Assembly: GCA_964503335.1 (NCBI GenBank)
Contig: CAZCZZ010000008.1
Span: forward strand, 8,911-72,910
Length of the DNA: 64,000 nt
Source of the DNA: an uncultured Verrucomicrobiota bacterium
GTDB taxonomy: Bacteria; Verrucomicrobiota; Kiritimatiellia; CAIVKH01
Direction: 5' to 3'
Part shown: positions 59,609 through 64,000 of the stretch, in pieces
Numbering within the stretch: the stretch's first letter is position 1
How the letters are laid out: the number at the start of each line of letters is the position of its first letter
Notes under the pieces: generated by a model
What the model was told of the DNA's origin: nothing
Seen by the model: only the letters and a program-made list of their open reading frames with translations
Database searches by the model: none
Made by a program: the position numbers and the translations under genes

Positions 59609-60259
59609 TCAGTCCTTCGTCGCGGGCGCCTTTTCGCTGTCCCGTAGTTGTTGTCGGAGTTGCTCCAGCTTTGCGTGGTAGTCGGTGGGGTCGCCAAAGG
59701 GGAGGAAGTCAGCGTGGCGGTGATGTTGGCCTTTGGCTGTCAGGGCGTGGCGGATGGGACAGAAGTAGAGCTCGGTGCGCGACGCCACTTCGCGGACGTA
59801 GGCGATAAGGCCGTTGAAGTATGCGCAGTAGTCGCAGTTGATGCGCTCGATCAGGTTCAAGTAGCGCAGCCTGTGCCGGTCGAGCACGATGTAGTCACTC
59901 CTCTTGACCTTCGGAATGCGGTACACGGGGAAACACACCCACTGATAGAAGCTCGTGAAGAGATCGAGCAGCACCGCTGGGATCATCATGGAGTAGACCA
60001 CCGGCGACACCAGCAGGGACGGGATCGAGGATTCCATGAGGAACCGGTGAATGCTCACCTTGAGGGCGCGGTGCCGCTTTAGCACCTCTTTCTCGAAGAT
60101 GACCTTCCGGTTCTTGACCGAATACAGAAGCTCGCTTTCCTTCTGCTTCAGTTGCCTGACAACCGACTCTTCCAGTTGCCGGATTTCTTCCAGCAACACC
60201 TGCAGGTTTATTTCCACACAAGCTCCCGTCGTTGTTGGACTGTGTTCCTCATGGCCCAT
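59609..60259 (-). CDS. Hypothetical protein with N-terminal coiled coil, hydrophobic segment and Cys motif
   Basis: CDYCAY…FCPIRHA Cys cluster; no family recognised. Confidence 0.4.
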   Translation of the reverse strand: MGHEEHSPTTTGACVEINLQVLLEEIRQLEESVVRQLKQKESELLYSVKNRKVIFEKEVLKRHRALKVSIHRFLMESSIPSLLVSPVVYSMMIPAVLLDLFTSFYQWVCFPVYRIPKVKRSDYIVLDRHRLRYLNLIERINCDYCAYFNGLIAYVREVASRTELYFCPIRHALTAKGQHHRHADFLPFGDPTDYHAKLEQLRQQLRDSEKAPATKD

Positions 60260-60412
60260 ATTCACAAGGGATTACGTGCTTGCAGAAGAGGGGGGGCGCG
60301 GCGGGTTAAGCAATCTTAAGCATGTTCACATAGCACGCGCGACGGATCCGGACAGAATCAAGGCATGAGATGGCTTTGGCGTATTCGAAACGGCGAAGAA
60401 AGGGCGATTGTC

Positions 60413-61474
60413 ATGAGAAACTATGGATGGCTGGTTGCGACTATGTTGATCGTATGTTCCGCCTCTGCGGATCGGCGAGATGACCGGGATTTCGACGGAG
60501 ATGGGAAGTGCGACATCACAGTCTACAATGCGGCTTCGGGAAACTGGTACGTGCTGGGCAGTAGCGGCTCTCAGGAGATCCAGAACTGGGGATGGAGCGC
60601 AGCCGAACCGGTGCCCGGGGATTACGACGGCGATGACACGGCTGACCACGCCGTCTATCACTCGTCCAGTGGTAACTGGTACATCGACGAGAGCGACGAT
60701 GACGATCAACGCATCGTGCAGTGGGGATGGGGTGAGGCCGATCCCGTTCCTGGTGACTATGATGGCGACGGGACAAATGACATTGCCGTATATCACCCCG
60801 CCAGTGGCAACTGGTACATCCACTACAGCAGCGGTTCGAACCGGGTTCAGAACTGGGGCTGGAGCGATGCAGAGCCGCAACCGAACGACTACGACGGAGA
60901 CGGCAAGACAGACATTGCCGTCTATAACGCGGCGAGCGGCAACTGGTATGTGATCAACAGCAGCAATGGCTCGCCGCGAATTCAGAATTGGGGCTGGTAC
61001 GCGGCTCGTGCCGTCTCCGACGACTACGATGGCGACGGTCGAGCGGATCTGTGCGTCTATCATCCCGATTCTGGAAACTGGTATGTTGCGAACAGCAGTA
61101 ACGGCAGCACACGAATTCAAAACTGGGGCTTCAAGCAGGCTCAGCCGGTCCCGGGATACTACGATGACGATAGCCGGTGCGACATCGGGGTATATCACCC
61201 CGAAGCTGGCGCGTGGTACATCATCAATAGCAGCAACGGTAGCACGCGGGTGGAGCATTGGGGGTGGAGTGAAGCCGAGCCCATGGACGGAATCTGCGAG
61301 AGCGATGACGACGGATACTCGAGTTCGTACGACCACGAATACCACCACGACTACGATGACGATTATTACGAGGGAGACGAACACGGCCACAGTGATGACG
61401 ACGACCAGCCCGACGATCACGGCGGCGACGACAGCGGCCCGGATGATTCATCGCATCCCGACGATCACACTTAA
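60413..61474 (+). CDS. Secreted FG-GAP/VCBS-like repeat protein (6 x ~46 aa) with His/Asp-rich acidic C-terminal tail
   Basis: Signal-like MRNYGWLVATMLIVCSASA; repeats DYDGDGKxDIAVYxxxSGNWYVxxSSNGSxRIQNWGW; tail DDDGYSSSYDHEYHHDYDDDYYEGDEHGHSDDDDQPDDHGGDD. Confidence 0.7.
   Translation: MRNYGWLVATMLIVCSASADRRDDRDFDGDGKCDITVYNAASGNWYVLGSSGSQEIQNWGWSAAEPVPGDYDGDDTADHAVYHSSSGNWYIDESDDDDQRIVQWGWGEADPVPGDYDGDGTNDIAVYHPASGNWYIHYSSGSNRVQNWGWSDAEPQPNDYDGDGKTDIAVYNAASGNWYVINSSNGSPRIQNWGWYAARAVSDDYDGDGRADLCVYHPDSGNWYVANSSNGSTRIQNWGFKQAQPVPGYYDDDSRCDIGVYHPEAGAWYIINSSNGSTRVEHWGWSEAEPMDGICESDDDGYSSSYDHEYHHDYDDDYYEGDEHGHSDDDDQPDDHGGDDSGPDDSSHPDDHT
60488..61315 (+). repeat. Six tandem ~138-bp coding repeats (FG-GAP-like units) inside the gene above
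   Basis: Recurrent gactacgatggcgacgg… / ggcaactggta… / aactggggctgg… blocks at ~138-bp period. Confidence 0.7.
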
Positions 61475-61496
61475 GAAGTGCAAGATTCACCGGTAT

Positions 61497-61524
61497 GGAG
61501 GCGGGACTGCACAGTCCCGCCTCC
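61497..61524 (+). terminator. GC-rich hairpin (first of two tandem terminators after the repeat-protein gene)
   Basis: GGAGGCGGGACT-GCAC-AGTCCCGCCTCC, 12-bp perfect stem. Confidence 0.55.
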
Positions 61525-61543
61525 GTCAGCTGGATGACTGTAG

Positions 61544-61568
61544 AAGCCGACCAATGGTCGGCTTTTTT
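61544..61568 (+). terminator. Rho-independent terminator
   Basis: AAGCCGACC-AAT-GGTCGGCTT followed by TTTTT. Confidence 0.75.
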
Positions 61569-61629
61569 CATTCGTTCGATGTGATGCATTCAACTAGCCT
61601 TTGAACAGTTCCGCTCCCGGAGCCATCAC

Positions 61630-62835
61630 ATGTCACAAGCCACCGCATCTAAGCGCAGCATCTTCGGGTTGCTGGGCATGGTTGTGCTTGTGGGGATGGG
61701 GGAGCATATGGCAGAGCGGTTTCTTCCGCTCTATCTCCAACAACTCGCGCAGGCGTCGACGGCGGTGATGGCGATCGGGCTTCTCGCGGGGATGGATGAT
61801 CTGTTGTCGGCGCTCTACTCCTTTCCGGGCGGGTATCTGAGCGACCGTTTGGGCACAAAGCGCGCGCTGCTCTTCTTCAATGTACTTTCGATGGCGGGCT
61901 ACCTGTGCGTCATCCTGATTCCGACATGGTGGGCCGTCTTGCTCGGCGCGGCATTCTTCATTTCCTGGTCGGCGATTTCGTTGCCCGCCACGATGGATCT
62001 GCTCGCCAAGATCGTGCCGAAGAACAGGCGCACGATGGGCGTCTCCGTCCTCGCGCTGGTGCGACGGGTGCCGAAGATGCTCGGCCCGGTCGCGGGCGGC
62101 GCCTGCATCGCGGTGTGGGGTGTGGAGCAAGGTGTGCGTGCGGCGTTCATCTTCGCGCTGGTCCTTGCGCTCGCCGCTTCCGTGTTGCAGCAACGGTTCA
62201 TTGCCGATGATTCACAGGACAGCAAGGAAGCCGAAGCCAGTCCGTTGCGGCTGTGGGGCGAGATGCCGGACAGCCTTCGCAACCTGCTCTGGTCCGACAT
62301 CCTCATTCGCTTCTGCGAACGCATCCCGGACGCCTTCGTGGTGATCTGGGCCACGCGTTACGTGCTGCATCCCGTTTCAGAGCTCACCTTTGGCTGGCTC
62401 TCCGCGATCGAGAATATAACGGCCGTGCTGGTCTATGTTCCCGTCGCCTACATGGCCGACCGCTTCGGAAAGAAGCCCTTCGTGCTGATCACCTTCGCCT
62501 TCTTCACCTGCTTCCCGCTGGCCTTGATGCATGCCCATTCTCTGGGACCCCTCATCGCGGCATTTGTGTTGCGCGGACTAAAGGAATTCGGCGAACCGAC
62601 GCGCAAGGCCCTCATCATGGATCTCGCGCCAGAGGGCAGGAAAGCGGCGATGTTCGGTCTGTACTATCTGGTGCGCGACGTCCTCGTCGCCTTCGCCGCT
62701 TTCGGCGGCGCACTGCTCTGGCAGATATCGCCTGAACTCAACCTGATGGTTGCATTCTGCTTCGGAGTGCTCGGTACCCTCTGGTTCGCATGGCGCGGGC
62801 GCGACTGCGTCGCACCATCGGGGTCTGCTACCTAG
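61630..62835 (+). CDS. MFS transporter
   Basis: 12 predicted TMs, MFS loop motifs (GYLSDRLGTKRALL, DRFGKKPFVLIT). Confidence 0.8.
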   Translation: MSQATASKRSIFGLLGMVVLVGMGEHMAERFLPLYLQQLAQASTAVMAIGLLAGMDDLLSALYSFPGGYLSDRLGTKRALLFFNVLSMAGYLCVILIPTWWAVLLGAAFFISWSAISLPATMDLLAKIVPKNRRTMGVSVLALVRRVPKMLGPVAGGACIAVWGVEQGVRAAFIFALVLALAASVLQQRFIADDSQDSKEAEASPLRLWGEMPDSLRNLLWSDILIRFCERIPDAFVVIWATRYVLHPVSELTFGWLSAIENITAVLVYVPVAYMADRFGKKPFVLITFAFFTCFPLALMHAHSLGPLIAAFVLRGLKEFGEPTRKALIMDLAPEGRKAAMFGLYYLVRDVLVAFAAFGGALLWQISPELNLMVAFCFGVLGTLWFAWRGRDCVAPSGSAT

Positions 62836-63586
62836 TCTTTGCTCGTTCACCTGTGAGCGGCACAAAGCGGACAGGCATGACGTTGTTGGTGAGCATGGTG
62901 CCGTCCTCGTTCTTTGTGAGGAGTTGCAGCCATTGGGCTTCACCCGATTCGCCGACGGGGATGACCATGCGGGCGCCGGGTTTGAGTTGATCGACGAGGG
63001 GCTGGGGGACGTGATCGGCGCCGCACGTGACGAGGATCGCGTCGAAGGGTGCGTGTTCGGGCCAGCCGATATATCCATCGCCCGCCTTCACAGTAGTGTT
63101 GGTGTAGCCTAGCGCTTTGAGACGTTCCGCTGCGGAGGTGGCGAGCGGTTCGACGATTTCAATCGTGAACACCTTTGCGCCGATCGCATCGAGCACCGCA
63201 GCCTGATATCCGGAACCGGTCCCGACTTCGAAGACGCTGTCTCCCGGCTTCACGCGGGCAAGTTCCGTCATCGCAGCGACGATATACGGCTGCGAGATGG
63301 TCTGGTCCATGCCGATCGGGAGCGGGTGGTCATCGTACGCCCGGTGCATGAGGCCGGGCTGGACAAAGAGATGTCGCGGCACGGAGCGCATGGCATCGAG
63401 GACGAGAGGGTCACGCACGCCGCGCGCTTCAATCTGGAACTTCACCATGGCGTGGCGATCCTCGACGTAGGCATCGCGCCCCGCTGGATCCGCCGCTTTG
63501 CCGCAGCTTGTGGCCATCAGGGTGCCTCCAACAACCAAGCTCGTGAACCACCGTCGCACGGTCGAATCCTGGCATTTTTCCCGCAC
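62828..63586 (-). CDS. pcm: Protein-L-isoaspartate O-methyltransferase with N-terminal signal/lipoprotein-like extension
   Basis: SAM motif VFEVGTGSGYQAAVL, PIMT motifs TISQPYIVA, IPVG; N-terminal hydrophobic segment with Cys (LMATSCGK). Confidence 0.85.
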   Translation of the reverse strand: MREKCQDSTVRRWFTSLVVGGTLMATSCGKAADPAGRDAYVEDRHAMVKFQIEARGVRDPLVLDAMRSVPRHLFVQPGLMHRAYDDHPLPIGMDQTISQPYIVAAMTELARVKPGDSVFEVGTGSGYQAAVLDAIGAKVFTIEIVEPLATSAAERLKALGYTNTTVKAGDGYIGWPEHAPFDAILVTCGADHVPQPLVDQLKPGARMVIPVGESGEAQWLQLLTKNEDGTMLTNNVMPVRFVPLTGERAKTR

Positions 63587-63637
63587 AAAGCCAAGTCGCC
63601 TATATGCCGCACTCGATGCCCTGTGTACATTTAACCC

Positions 63638-64000
63638 ATGCGACGCGTGGCGTTCATCCTGTTGTCCTGTGCCCTGGTTTCTGCGACCAGTGCCGAGATG
63701 GTTGAGATCATTGCTTCAAAGGACACGACGATCTACAGCGACGCCACATCGACACCGCTCAGCAACGGCTCCGGACAATATCTGTTCGCCGGCAATACGG
63801 GAGAGAACGACAGCTTCGCCATCCGCCGGGGACTCGTGCACTTCGACCTCGCGTCGTACCTGCCCGCGGGCGTGGTGGTGACCAGTGCGACGCTGCGGCT
63901 GTACGTCACGCGTCGGCCGCCTACATCGAATCCGACGGACCCGATTTATGCGCACCTTGCAGCCGCAGACTGGGGCGAGGGCGCGTCGGATCCATCCGGC
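63638..64000 (+). CDS. Secreted DNRLRE-like domain protein, 3' end cut by window edge
   Basis: ATG at 63638 is open to the window end (frame not in the ORF track). Signal peptide MRRVAFILLSCALVSATSA; FAIRRGLVHFDLASYLPAGVVVTSATLRLYV resembles the DNRLRE domain. Confidence 0.5.
   Translation, partial: MRRVAFILLSCALVSATSAEMVEIIASKDTTIYSDATSTPLSNGSGQYLFAGNTGENDSFAIRRGLVHFDLASYLPAGVVVTSATLRLYVTRRPPTSNPTDPIYAHLAAADWGEGASDPSG

Noticed and set aside
60488-61315. Periodic DNA repeats that might be mistaken for a CRISPR array.
   Set aside because: The 138-bp period lies inside one continuous reading frame encoding FG-GAP-like protein repeats. There is no spacer/repeat alternation, no leader and no cas genes.

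Overview
This is a 64-kb, high-GC (~62%) bacterial chromosomal window. It is gene-dense with frequent start/stop overlaps. Its content suggests the PVC superphylum (Verrucomicrobia or Planctomycetes): a prepilin-type H-X9-DG protein, a DUF1800/DUF1501 pair, and two sulfotransferases. All calls rest on reading motifs by eye; I ran no searches.

Housekeeping blocks:
- A minus-strand operon at 775-13082: pheS-pheT, rarA, 5-formyl-THF cyclo-ligase, rny-ymdB, xseA-xseB, htrA, tlyA, nadK.
- A complete F1Fo ATP synthase operon on the minus strand at 45180-52534: atpZ-like, atpI-like, atpBEFHAGDC.
- uvrA, hisD-hisC, a type II NADH dehydrogenase, an MFS transporter, and pcm.

Accessory content:
- (a) A translationally coupled trio at 18197-21225: a secreted protein, a prepilin-like H-X9-DG protein, and a heme-copper-oxidase subunit I homolog. 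By eye the homolog has lost all four binuclear-centre His ligands (CuB His and the heme a3 His) but keeps both low-spin heme ligands.
- (b) A 1196-aa sulfotransferase fused to three GT2 glycosyltransferase domains. It sits next to a secreted GH13 alpha-amylase that carries repeated CBM25-like modules, and a second stand-alone sulfotransferase lies elsewhere in the window.
- (c) A ZIP-family-like transporter with a cyclic-nucleotide-binding domain inserted in its central loop.
- (d) A translationally coupled unit: TPR protein, ExbB, ExbD, TonB-like protein, small zinc-ribbon membrane protein, then hisD-hisC.
- (e) A DUF1800 protein doubled in size by extra beta-sandwich domains, followed by DUF1501.
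- (f) A protein with six FG-GAP-like tandem repeats and a His/Asp-rich acidic tail.
- (g) A ParE/antitoxin pair.
- (h) Several short repeated DNA motifs that no coding feature explains: a CCGTG direct-repeat/inverted-repeat element flanking uvrA, a TTCCAA-N3-TTGGAA palindrome shared by two promoters, and a 100-bp nested palindrome at 53404-53503.

I found no rRNA, tRNA, CRISPR array, transposase or integrase. Many long antisense ORFs in the six-frame track are high-GC artefacts.
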